A stretch of 64,000 nt of DNA from Marsupella aquatica (Eukaryota > Plantae > Marchantiophyta), in NCBI GenBank assembly GCA_973895155.1, contig OZ316891.1:30697112-30761111 (forward strand), written 5' to 3'. The notes beneath the pieces are model-generated. The model was given only the letters and a program-made list of their open reading frames with translations. It was not told where the DNA came from and did no database searches. The position numbers and the translations under genes are program-made. Shown here piece by piece: positions 1 through 16,620 of the stretch; within the stretch, counting starts at the first letter, position 1; every line of letters begins with the position of its first letter.

Positions 1-914
1 TGACACGGTAGAGCGCATGGGAAGCACGGGTAGTAATAACGCTGCCATCCATCTACAGAAGAAGCAGCGTAATTGAAAAACAAACATCCAATAGGGAGTT
101 CCATCCCGTCGCAACACAGTGTAATCCTAACTATTTTTTCATTTTTTATTACAATGCCTCTTTCACTTATCCAGGTACAAAATATAGTTACAATCTACAA
201 CTTTCCTACCTTCCGCTGCAGTTAACCTGACTACCAGCTACTTGAGTCTCGTTGAGTTCCCTACTATACTTAGCTAAGACAACTGTCGACTACCCTTCCC
301 TTCCCTTCACTAAACCTCTGACTAGAGAGGCCTTCGGCCTGATTTCTCCAGACAGCCAAGCACATATTCTAGCTTCACATCAGCTGAAGCAGCTATGCAC
401 CACGGAATACATGAGAAACTACCCTCAACCTCTATACTACACTACCTCAACCTTGTGCAGGTTCGGAGTAAACTGGCAAAGCAAACCGACCCCCCAACAC
501 TATCGCAAGCACAAAAGCATGCATTCAACTGATAAAGATATGCATCAGATATGAACAACCAGACCTGCAGAGAAGAAAACAAATCCTTTCCACGGAAGAG
601 AGTATGTCTGCGTGTTGTCGTCAGCAGTGCCTTCTCCGAACTGCTCTTAAGTGGAAACGTTTGTCACTGGAAAGAATTAATTTTTTTGGCAAAGTTGTCA
701 GAGCATCCACAATACTCCCGAGGTTAAAGAGGTTAAGAACCCTCGTTATCCAGAAGTAAAAGAGCGGATACTAGCTCCTGACCTCTTCGCAATGAAGGAA
801 CACCCATAGTAGATGACAAGGCAGCACGCACCTTTAGCGACTTTTTGAATACAGGATGCGAACCTGCCAAACTTACGATGGTGTCTTGAGACGAGAGTCA
901 CCCAACTGAAGCAT

Positions 915-6051
<5,137 letters not shown>

Positions 6052-6835
6052 AACCTCACGGCGCCGAAACCTATGTCCGAAACCTCAAGTAAGCTGTGCT
6101 CAGTGTCAGAAGACACTTCCTACTCGAAGACAGAAGTTCTTTGATTCGCCGATCACACCCGCATCAGTCACCAGAGCACTGTCTCCGGCCTAACGCCCCC
6201 ACCCCCACCCACCACGCCCCGCTGTGGCTTTTCATGCAGCCCAAAACTGGCGAGTAACTCTACGGAATACTGGAAGTTGAAATCAGGGATCGCAACCTCT
6301 ATGCCCTAACTCCGAAAGAAAGTCGAAGCCACATCACCTCCACAACAAATCCAACACCGGAATTTCTACTCTTGGGCCAACGACCGCTTCCAGCCAATCA
6401 TGCGACGCCTCCTCAGTAACAGTCCCAGTCTACTAGCCTTAAACGCCTCCTCAAGTAGCACGAGTTCGAAGGATGTGCAAACAGTTAGCAGACCAGCGTC
6501 GACATCTGCCTGACCGACGACGCGATACGACCCGACCCGAAGAAGTCACGCAACAATAACAGGACCCGCGGCCCCCATTTCGTTTCACTGATCAGCCACG
6601 GCCCGCAGCGCCAACTCGCAAAAGTGTAAGAAAGCTGAAAGACGAGCTCGAGAACAGCGACTTGCCCAGACCAGAACAATAATCGTAACCCTAGTCCGCA
6701 CCCCGAGCCACCAGCCACTGGTTTCTTTGCTGGAGGCCGCTCAACGCACCCCCGCGCAGAAAAGCAAACAAACCCAAAACCAAAGCCACTCCGCTCGTGC
6801 CACCCTCCCTCGCCGGACAACCCACTAGCGCTCGC

Positions 6836-7005
6836 GCTTTACGAACAAACCATGACAACCTGTCCACCCACACTTTCACGCGAGAAAGCGCGATCCGTAG
6901 AAAGAAAGAGAACCACCGCAGCTTTACGAACAAACCACGACGACCTTTCCACCCACACTGTCACGCGAGAAAACGCGATCCGTAGAAAGAAACAAAACCA
7001 CCGCA
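6836..7005. repeat. Tandem duplication, 2 x 85 bp, upstream of the PAP coding region
   Basis: GCTTTACGAACAAACC...AACCACCGCA at 6836-6920 and 6921-7005, with several substitutions. Confidence 0.85.
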
Positions 7006-7667
7006 GCAGCGTCGAGTCTCGTCGTCGTCTCACAGGGAAAAAGCGGAGCGCGAGGTTCTCATCCTCGTGACGTCGGGCGGTAGGAGTGGTCGTAATGGAA
7101 GAAACACGGAGCAGATCCGCACCGCCATTCTCATCAGCGAGGGAGAGCCGTCGAGAAAAACAAGGAGCTAATAAGAAGAAGAAGGGCGAGGCCAGGGCAG
7201 CCACTGACCCCCAACGAATCGCAAGAGGAGTACGACGACGACGACGACGACGACGAGGGAAGAAGAGGCAGGAGGATGGATTTCAGGGGTGATCAACGCG
7301 AAACCTTTCAATCTTCGTATGAGGGGGAGGAGGAGGAGGAGGGGGAGGTCAGCAAGAGCGTGGCCGACGCAGAGAAGGACAACTCGTCGATCCACAGGTA
7401 CATCGGCGTCGCACTCCGCCCTTTGGTGGAGAAGAGCAACTCGTCATCCCGGAGGAGAAGGCGGCGTCCGAGTTTTACTCGAGAATGAGGAGAGGCAGGT
7501 GAAGCAGATGGATTTTAGTCGTAAAGTCGAGAAGAGGGGAGACCCAAGTAGAGATGGAGCAAACAATGCTGTCGTCTATGAGAACTGAGAAGGACAATTC
7601 GGGAAAGGGGCCAAAATTGATACCCATGGATTTCTGTTCTTCTCCCCTTTTGGACTCGAAACTCTCT

Positions 7668-8090
7668 TCCTCCCTTATTACACCCTTTTTACACTGTTGG
7701 ATTGTTTACAAGTATTGTAGAGGGAAGTCTGCCCCTATTACTCCTTTATTACACAGTAGTGTAGAGGGAGGTTGCCCCTGTTCCTCTTTTATTGCACTAT
7801 TGGATTGTTTACAGGAGTAGTGTAGAGGGAGTTCTTCCCCTGTTCCGCCTTTATTACACTGTTGGATTGTTTACCCTGTAGAGGGAGGAGGTCTTCCCCT
7901 GTTCTTCCCGTATTACACTGTTTGATTGTTTATGGTGTAAAAGGAGGCCTTCCCCTTTTCCTCCCTTATTACACTGTTGGATTGTTTACAGTGTAGACGG
8001 AGATCTTCCCCTGCTCCTCCCTTATTACACTGTTGGATTGTTTCAGGTGTAGAGGGAGGTCTTCCCCTGTTCCTCCCTTATTACCCTATT
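7668..8090. repeat. 56-bp minisatellite, left part (split by the Harbinger insertion)
   Basis: About 7 diverged copies of CCTCCCTTATTACACTGTTGGATTGTTTACAGTGTAGAGGGAGGTCTTCCCCTGTT. Confidence 0.9.
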
Positions 8091-9277
8091 AGTGATCGTG
8101 GTCTGGTAAATACTTCATTAAGGGTGGCCTTAATGAAGTATTTACAGGTCTGGCCGTACCTATTACGGGAGACCCAAATCAGCTCCCATAAGTATTGGCC
8201 GCGGGCGCCAGCGTTAACACTTAACTTTAACCCATGTCCATTTACGTGGGCGCCAATACTATACACCTCTTTTGTTGCAGTACAGTTTGAACCAAATTTG
8301 TAACCTTGCACCAAAAGCGAAACCTTCAGAATTGTCCCCGTCACATCCATTACGAGAAATGGAGTTCTCCCCACGAGGTTGTGTATCATGTAAGTTCACC
8401 ATAGCAGTAGACCTTCAATTCTTTGGTGCTGAACATGAATCAAGTAGTTACTACTTTTCATCGCATGTTGTGATTGTGCTCCCTGAATTTTGTTGTTGGT
8501 TTTGTGAGAAATTGAGATCGCCTACGGGACGCCCGGACAGGACAAGTTCAATACCAAACGATCAGCCCGAACTCAGCTAGGTACGTCTGCTCATCATTCA
8601 CCCATGATCCAGGATGGACAAGTCTGTGATTTAGTTTCATGAAAGTGGGACCACGAGGTTCTACATATTGTGTATGACATAGTGCCTCATCCAGGAATGC
8701 ATTGCAGAAGCGACCATGGTTGGGTGGACGTCTCTCGCTGAAGTGGATGAAAGTAGATCAAGTGGAGAGTGTAGGAATTTCTCTCCTGCTCTGGCATGGC
8801 TAGTGAAGTTTGAGGCCCCGAATCCACATCTTAGGAAATTTGTATATTCTACTTGTCCTCACAGGTTCACATTCGGGCGGTTGTGCTTGAAGTCTCTCGA
8901 GTTTGGGCCCAAATGTGACCACAATCTCCTTGGAAAGTCTACCTTTTGATTGCACGTACTTCTTTGCGATGCAATACATGCCCCAGTTACCCAGGCTATG
9001 CGTGCACAGATATGGGAAGTAGCCTCCACCATGTTGGATTCCACTCCACATGACCTTGCACTCTTAAGTGAGTTGGAGCAAACACGCACTATCCTTGGTG
9101 TCAAGTGAAAATTGCATCAAGTGAAAATCACTCTATCTGTAAATGAATATGTGATGAAGGTCTTGCACCTGTCCTTTGTGGACACAATATATGCTTCCAT
9201 CTATTCCCCTTCTCCTCACTATCCTACACACCGACTATCTGTTGTCTCCCCCAGGAAGGCCAGCACGTCATCATAGA

Positions 9278-12069
9278 ATGGGAAAAAAAAGCCAAGCAGA
9301 TTTAGATGAAAAAAGCTCCGATTCAAGTGCTGATTGTATGAGCAATGACAATGTACAATTGATTGATTCTGATTCAAATGCGGACCTGGACTCTTCTCAT
9401 GATTGTGGGGACATGTTAGAATTGGAGGCGAATCTTGAAGAGCTGTTTGAACTGTATGTTGTTATGGATAGCACTAGATTCTTGAATGATAGAATCTTCT
9501 TCAACAAGTCAAAAGAATATGCAACCCAATTTTTTGACTGTATGCTTCCTCGTGAGTTTTGTCAAATGACTCGAATGGACAGGGAATTGTTCTATGCACT
9601 TGTCGACCTCATTGAGGAGCACCCCATTTTTCAAAGCAAATCAAACAATCCACATGCACCTGTTGCTTGGCAACTTGCAGTGGCTCTTGATTGGTTGGGT
9701 CATGATGGTAATGGTGCATGTCTTTCCCGTCTCATTCCTACATGGGGAGTAAGTAATGGGACACTTTGTAATTTCACCACCCGCTTAGTGACCACTTTAG
9801 AGTGTGCCCTGAAGGAACACTTGAAATGGCCTAAGAGAGCAGAACGTTGAAGGGTTTCAGATGAGTTTATCAAAAGAGGTTTTCTAGTTGCGTTGGGTTG
9901 ATAGATGGAACATTAATCCCTTTGTCTCAAAGACCCAAAACTGGTGGAGAATGTTATTTTGACAGGAAGTCAAGGTACTTGCTAAATGCCCAAGTTGTTT
10001 GTGATCACAGACGCAATATCCTATATATGTACACTAGTAAGCATGTAGTGGTGGACCTTGTCACCCAACGCCCTCACCAATCCCAGCACCCACACCTAAG
10101 TGCCCCTGGCGCCTCAACGCCTCCACGGAATATCTTGAGCGAGCAACCTAGTGCCCTTTGCACCACCAGCGGCCCCTCCCATACAAAGCCACACTCGCTC
10201 TACAACACGACCACTACTCAACGGCCCTCACTGTCTGCACAAGCAACCAAGCGTCTCGGTAAGTAACCCTTCAGGATCTAGATCTCCCAAATCTAGCATC
10301 CTAACTGAAGCTCAACAGACATTGGTAAGTAGGTCAGCAATAGGTCCTCCCAATGCCATAAGCACCGGAACCAGAACCGACGCCCATTGTTCGTCCAAAA
10401 CATCTCCTTCCTTGGGCACAGCCTGGGTTACCCCTCATACCTATCTATCACCAACTGATTGCCCTGCCCCCAGGACATGCTCATGGCCCAAATAGCATAG
10501 CTTGTCCTAAAGCTTGTCCCAAGCTCATCCCAACACATCGGGACCAGAATGGCCCCGACTTTAGCAACTAACTCCCGGTTCTTGCCCCACTGACGGTTAG
10601 GGGTCAAGTGCCCTTGGAACTCAACCTCCACGTCTACTTGGCCTTGCCTCCACGATACAAGCTCCCTTGAGAGACTGAACACGACTTGGTTGTTGTTTCG
10701 GCAGAATTTGGCAAGCGGGCGAGATAGCACCCGCAAACCTCAAGGACCTACAGTACCCCTAGACCCAGTTGAGCTCAGGAGAATGTAGCCTTCCTTGAGA
10801 GCTTTCCAACGCACCCAAGAAGTACTCCAACGGACTTCTCGTTGGGAAGTTATCACTGTTTTTATTTTGGCATTATTCCTTAGTGTCACGACCGCCGCGG
10901 CTCACAACTTTGGCTCGCCCTTAGCCCCCAAGGAGACACCACTCCCCTCCCCTCATATATGCTTCTTGAGACCTGCCACCCCCGGACCAACTTTGGTCCC
11001 CAAATTTTGGCCCCCTACCTGGACCCCAACCTACATGTCTGGGCTTGTCACCAACTAACAATGTCCATAACTTTCTAGTTAGGCATCCGCAAGCGGAGTG
11101 CCTTAGCCCGTTGTGATTGGGCCAACCCAATGCTCATGCCTAGGCCCTCAGATCACATCGCCGCCTGGGGGCCCCGATCGGCCAAACTCGGATCAGGCCA
11201 TAACTCGCGCCCCAAACAACCGTTGCCCATGGCGTCAACTCCATTGACCTTGGGCTCAAGAGAAGCTCTCATTCAAGCCCTCAAAATTCAAAGTCCGTCT
11301 GGGGGTCCGGACGGTCGACCTTGAGCCCAGCCCTTTTCCCCTCAACCCGACCAACCCTCAACTAGTCTAAGTCCTTAGTGCGTGTCCTCAGCTTGGCGCC
11401 TCGCCTTCGCTAGTGCCACGTCCCATTGCCCACAAGTCTCCCCATGCTAAGTCCTCCTCGGATGGCCTATCCGGGCTTGGACCATAAGGGAGCTCGGTGT
11501 CGGAGTCAGCGACGTTGGAGCTAAGTATTAAGGTAGTCGAGTTCCGCGACTCATGTCCTTCTCCTTTCTTTTGTGTTGTTGCCATGTCTACCAAACTATG
11601 AAGAAGGATAATCAAGCATGTCGTTCACCTTGATGTCGAGATGTCGCAATAACATGATGTTGCAATATCGCGATATCATGATGTTGGATGTCAAAAGACT
11701 TTGATGTGATGATCACTCACTGCACTCTGCTTGCATCATGCAGGTATGTCTAGGTCTTGTTCGGATCTCACTTGTTATAAGAGATTAGCACTCTATCGCA
11801 AACAAAATGATGGGCAGCTTTTTGGAAGAACTCAGAACTTGCTTTGAGATAGCAAATACCAGATAATGGAGCATTTGGTTTGCTCGTACAAATGGTCTGA
11901 GAGTAGCCAAGAGAAGGAGGAACTCAGCATGTGTGTTGCAACTGCCAGGGTAACAAATGAACATTGCATTGGGATACTAAAGTTACGTTGGCATTCGTTG
12001 AAGGAAATGCGGATTCAATTGAAGGAGAACAAAGATTGTGTGTGCAAAATTACACAATTTTGTTATTAG
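9278..12069 (+). pseudogene. PIF/Harbinger (HARBI1-like, DDE_Tnp_4) transposase, disrupted
   Basis: FCQMTRMDRELFYALV, PVAWQLAVALDWLGHDGNG, IDGTLIPL, YFDRKSRYLLNAQVVCD, LL*DSKY, ARVTNEHCIGILKLRWHSL. Premature stop at 9850 and a frameshift near 9890. Probable intron 10037-11742 (gtaagc...catgcag) contains the nested element. Confidence 0.88.
10047..11551. mobile_element. Solo-LTR-like element (1505 bp) with AGT...ACT termini, copy 1
   Basis: Perfect 5-bp TSD CATGT (10042-10046 and 11552-11556). Ends AGTGGTGGA...TCCGCGACT form an imperfect inverted repeat. Colinear with 44058-45537 in inverted orientation. Confidence 0.85.
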
Positions 12070-12685
12070 CAAAAATGATTTGTGGACAGAGGAAGATGGG
12101 GAGTTGATTCTTATAATAATGCACCTCACTTGCTTCATTATTGGAACAATCGTAGTAGTGTAGTTGTAGCACGACGTAGACTTGGATTGCAATCAACTGT
12201 CATGACGCATGCATTACATTTCCATAGACAGCCAGGAGGATGCCTCCATCAAGCATCAGATACATTGTGTTAATTCACTGAGAACACTAAACCTAGTGTA
12301 TTTAAATTTATTGTGGCAGCCTCCTACTAATAATTATGGACGTGGGAGGAACCAAACATATTTAAAACAAATGTTTCTCAATACCCATTCCGGTATTTGT
12401 TTGGTTTCATCTTCCCCACTTGCATTTTAGTTCATTAGGCACCGCCATTTGCATTTTGATATTGGCCTTTGCAATGATATGGAAAGGCTCATTTTAGGTA
12501 TTGAGTGGCGATATGCCAACTAAATTAATAGTACTGTACAACAAGTGTTTAGGGAAGGTATATTTCCCACCAACGTGCATACGTACCCTATACCCTCTAC
12601 CCCGCTTTCAACTTCGGGCACCTTTTGCTTCAACCTTCGCAAATCCAAATAAGGTATTCAAATGCTTTGATGCCGCGATGCGCAG

Positions 12686-14822
12686 ATGCCCAATAGTGAG
12701 AACTTACAATTTTTCATGATTGTTGCGATGCGGACTGTGCATGAGGAGCCAAATGTTGTTGCAATTTCTAAAAAGGTTTTGGCAAAGCTCCCAATGACAC
12801 TGCAGGATCTGAAGAAGTTGCATGGAATGTTGGGGAAAATGAAACTGATGACATTGATGTTCATTCCTTGGGGCGTGGAATCTATCTCTTACGTTGACAA
12901 ATTTTTAGTTGGAAGGCCGAGGAGGTCAAATGAAAATGACAGTGTTAGAGGCAAACCACATGAATGGAGTCTTGACTTTGTATCTAATGCTTTTCAATGC
13001 CCTTGGGAAGGCAAAGGCCTTTACTCTAAACACAATCCCTTGTCTGACTGGTATTTTAGGGGGGGAGGAAAACAAGTTGTGGCTGGAAGGTCAGCCAATG
13101 CATCGACCACGACTGTCGCCTTCTAATGCAATTTCTAGTCCCAATTTTCCATCCAAGGAAGTCGTCTGTGGCACCTATCAGCCTGGCAAATACTATAATA
13201 GCAGCTTGGAAGGGGATGAGCACCATAAATTGCGCCCTCTTGCTTAGGAATGTCATTATTGATCAGATGAAGCATTTGGCCTTGGGGAAACCAACATACT
13301 TGCAAAACTACCTAGCGCAATTGTATTGGTATGGGAATTGCTTATTGGCCTCAGAGAAACGGGAAGCAACTAATATTGCACATCAAGATATTGGTGGCAA
13401 ATGATGGGCAATCACAATCCGAGAGCAATTCAAAACCCGAGAGCGATGCAACTGGACTTCAAGTGGAGGTTGACAATGGTTTGCAACCAATGGATGGTGA
13501 ACATGACTTGGACAATGACAAAACAGAGCCAGGGTGGGACGGAGGTGAGCTGCAACATGACAATGCAAAGGCATAGACTAATGACTTCGAAGAGTGGCAT
13601 GACAATTTGCAGATACCAGACAATTTGCAGATACCAAAGGCCTCTCCAGGTGCTCCGAGAGGGCCTCCAATGAGTGCCAATGAGGCACGTGAAGCTAAGA
13701 TTAATGGCAACATTGTGCAGCAGGCCATATACATTCTTAGTTGTCCACGGGAGAAAATATTGGATTTGAGTTTTGATTTACTTCCTCCTTCGAAAGCTTG
13801 AACTCCATTGCATAGCCCAGAACCCAGAACCCTCATTATGCAATGCTGACAAGGAAGGAGATGACAATTTGAGTGCGGGATTAAGTCATGGGTCCGACTA
13901 TTCACCTGTTGGAAATACTCCTCCGACATTGCCTAAGAACATAGGATGCAATAATTGCAGTCATGGTACTGAAATTGGGGAAGGAGTTCCTCTTCCTGTT
14001 GCAACAAACACAGATGTCTTGGAGCCTGTCTTGGAGCCAATTGTGCAGCTCCCCGGTACACAGGTCCCCATTGGGCAAGAACCCAATTCCGGGGCTTTGT
14101 TAAAATTTGTTTCAATTCAATTCCAGCTAAGCCCCCATTGCAAAGGAAGCAGTTTAGGGAAATGGTGGAAGAAGCTACACAAACTTCCTTCAAACCAACC
14201 ATTCGAGTGGAATCAATGACTCCAGTACAACAACTCAAGAGATTTGCAAATTTATGTGTGTTGGTGTCGACTATGAATGGCCCAATCAATGAGTTCTGGA
14301 GGTTTTACAAGTTGAAGAAAGGTGAATGTCAATTCATATTCAACCTCCTAGTAGTGGCACCTTTTCAGATCGAGTTAGCTCAATTTGATGAGTTCTGGCA
14401 AGAGGGTGAACAATTCCGATTGACACTAGCAGTGATGGTCTTGTATGGGGAGCTACAAGTGGAGGACACTGAGCTCCTTTGCTCTTTCTTTGGGAACTTG
14501 CCTATGTAGTCTTTGAGGTCCATGATGAACTTCTTGAATAAGACGAACAGGACAAATCCGGTTGGGCATTTCCCAAGGGATCCTGTGAACACCATTGTGC
14601 CCTTCACACCTCGCCATGTGTCAGCAGAAGTGGGATGCCATCTCCATAGCACAGATAAGAAGTTACATGGATTTTTTCACTAGAACTATAACAATGTTTC
14701 ATGGCATGGAGCTTGACTTGGTTGATACAAATGCATACTTGAAGAGATCTCCAAAAGTTTACTATACTAGTTTTACAAACTGGGATGTCATAGGAGCTGA
14801 TATGGAGGCCACTCGGTTTTAG
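12686..14822 (+). pseudogene. Frameshifted third (cargo) ORF inside the Harbinger element, unknown function
   Basis: Chain of adjacent + strand ORF fragments (12686-13126, 13126-13404, 13331-13576, 13607-13801, 13773-14219, 14138-14509, 14595-14822). Protein-like motifs PWGVES, RGKPHEWS, FLVPIFHPRK, LANTIIAA, KPTYLQNYLAQLY, followed by an acidic low-complexity region. Confidence 0.65.
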
Positions 14823-15292
14823 TACATGTTCATACATTGACATTTGCCACTGATTAATTAGTTATGGAGTTCAGTTGATGTACGGCTCTCCCTTTTTCAA
14901 CAAGTCATACTGATGTGAGGGAAGCAATTTTGAAAGTTGTGTTGCGATGTCGCCATGTCGAGATACTGCGATGTCAAGATGTTACGATGTCGAGTTTCCA
15001 AGATGTCACGATGTCGTGATGGTGCAATTCCATAGTTTACAAGGCATAGTGAAAACTGAGCTAGACATTCGACCAGGAGCTCCACCAGGAGTGTATGGTA
15101 ACATGTACCACCTTTATTAATAATATAAATTTCAGACTTTTACAATTATATTTGTACAGTTTGGCACCTACTACATACATGCAACATGAATGGAAGTCTA
15201 AATTGCTTGGAACCAAAACTAGTCCTCTTTCACCAGGGGCAGTAACTCCTTTATTTTGGCAGGAGTCTTGTTACTACCAAGTAGCTCAGTAG

Positions 15293-16513
15293 TCAGAAGA
15301 GCAGCTCTTTGTGCTTGCCTTGCATTCCTGTGCATGTTCTTGCTCTGACCAAACTCTCTTCCGTGCATTTTTTGGCAGCTTTTGCTTCAGTAGCAAACTG
15401 GTGCTTTTGATCAAGTTTCTTTTGTGATGCAGCTTGCAATGCAGCGTCCACCCTTGCCTCTCTCCAATCTGCTAGGTCTTGGATCTTCCATCGATCTTGA
15501 CTTTGAATTAATTCCTTTCGGTAATTTGCATTCATGTTAATCTTGTTTGCATATATGGCAGCGAAATTCAGTTTGGAAGTGCTCTACAAATCCTTTTGTC
15601 CAGTCGGTGGTGTTTTGATAGGCTTCTTCCCTGTTGGAGGAGGCATGCCCTCTGATACAGACTTGGCTGGGGTGTTGAACCCAGTTGGAGTATATGGTGG
15701 ACCCTACATTGGTCGATTTTCACCAACTTGAACTGGGCAAGACTTTGTACATGCTGCACATGTGTAGTTATGTACATGCCTACCAATTTCTGCCATCTGC
15801 TCTAATTCATCCTGGAAGGAATTGCCGTAGTTCCATTTGCAAGAGTCTCTGGTGTTGGCCTTGATTGAGGAGCATTATGGATTGATTGACCAGGTGTTGG
15901 CACTGGTGTGTCTACAAGAATGAGAAAGGACATATGTGAGCAAATGAACATTGAGGGGTTCATTGATTGAAGTAGAACAGAAGGTGGTAAATCAGTACCT
16001 TCAAGAACAATGGTTGTTTGGAAGGCACATGGTAGATATTGGGATTATCATTCTCATTACCAAATGCTAACTCAGAATCTGATTTAGCATTGGTCTCAAG
16101 AAAGACAAGGTCAAAATCCTCCACTCCACAATTGCCTTCCACTAGTGGTGCCACATTTGGTCACTCCCCAAAGATTGCATGCATTCTTTCAAAGTGTGGA
16201 CACAATCGGTTCAGTTTGGTCTCCAATGTAATCCCTGCCTCCAGCTTGTCTTCATTCAGCCCTCCACTTGAGTGCATTTTCACCTCTCGTGCCTCTTTGT
16301 ACCGCTTCACATAACTTTGGAATCGCTTTGTCAAATTTGGTGCAATGATCTCCTTAGGCAAGCCATGATGTTGCATTGCAACAAGCATGGATTTGAAGAT
16401 TGTTGCCTTGCTTTGATACTCCCCCCCCCCCACTTGAGTCTTCCTTCCTCCGCCTGTAATTGCTTTGGAATTTCCAAGTATGAAACTATGCATTCATAGT
16501 CATGATCCTTCAA
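15293..16513 (-). pseudogene. Harbinger second ORF (Myb/SANT-like partner protein), disrupted
   Basis: DYECIVSYLEIP, AITGGGRKT, KRFQSYVKRYKEA, SGGLNEDKLEAGITLETKLNRLCPHFERMHAIFGE, and a predicted coiled-coil-like tail at 15293-15535. Convergent with the transposase, and carries frameshifts and stops. Confidence 0.72.
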
Positions 16514-16620
16514 CCTGAATTTATCACTTGTATCGGTCCGTAAGTGATGTCCAAAAGTGTCATTACGGGCTGCTGGGCTGGCCCGTAACTTTTGGTTATG
16601 GGCCAGCTTTGAGACGCCCT

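Larger units (their letters stand above)
8091..16620 (+). mobile_element. Degenerate PIF/Harbinger-type DNA transposon, about 8.5 kb including a nested 1.5-kb insertion
   Basis: Interrupts a minisatellite unit in register (..ttaccctATT | element | ATTggattg..), giving a 3-bp ATT duplication. The boundary is ambiguous by a few bases because CCCTATT occurs on both sides. Contains a Harbinger DDE transposase and a convergent Myb/SANT-like ORF. The right end reads AGGGCGTCTCAAAGCT on the minus strand, similar to PIF/Tourist TIRs. Confidence 0.82.

Noticed and set aside
7668-8090. CRISPR-like regular palindromic repeats (also 19490-20840 and 56261-56480)
   Set aside because: Units are contiguous with no unique spacers, there are no cas genes, and the context is eukaryotic. 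These are tandem repeats.
9848-9850. In-frame TGA codons in TE ORFs as readthrough or selenocysteine
   Set aside because: Accompanied by frameshifts and other stops; best explained by C-to-T decay.
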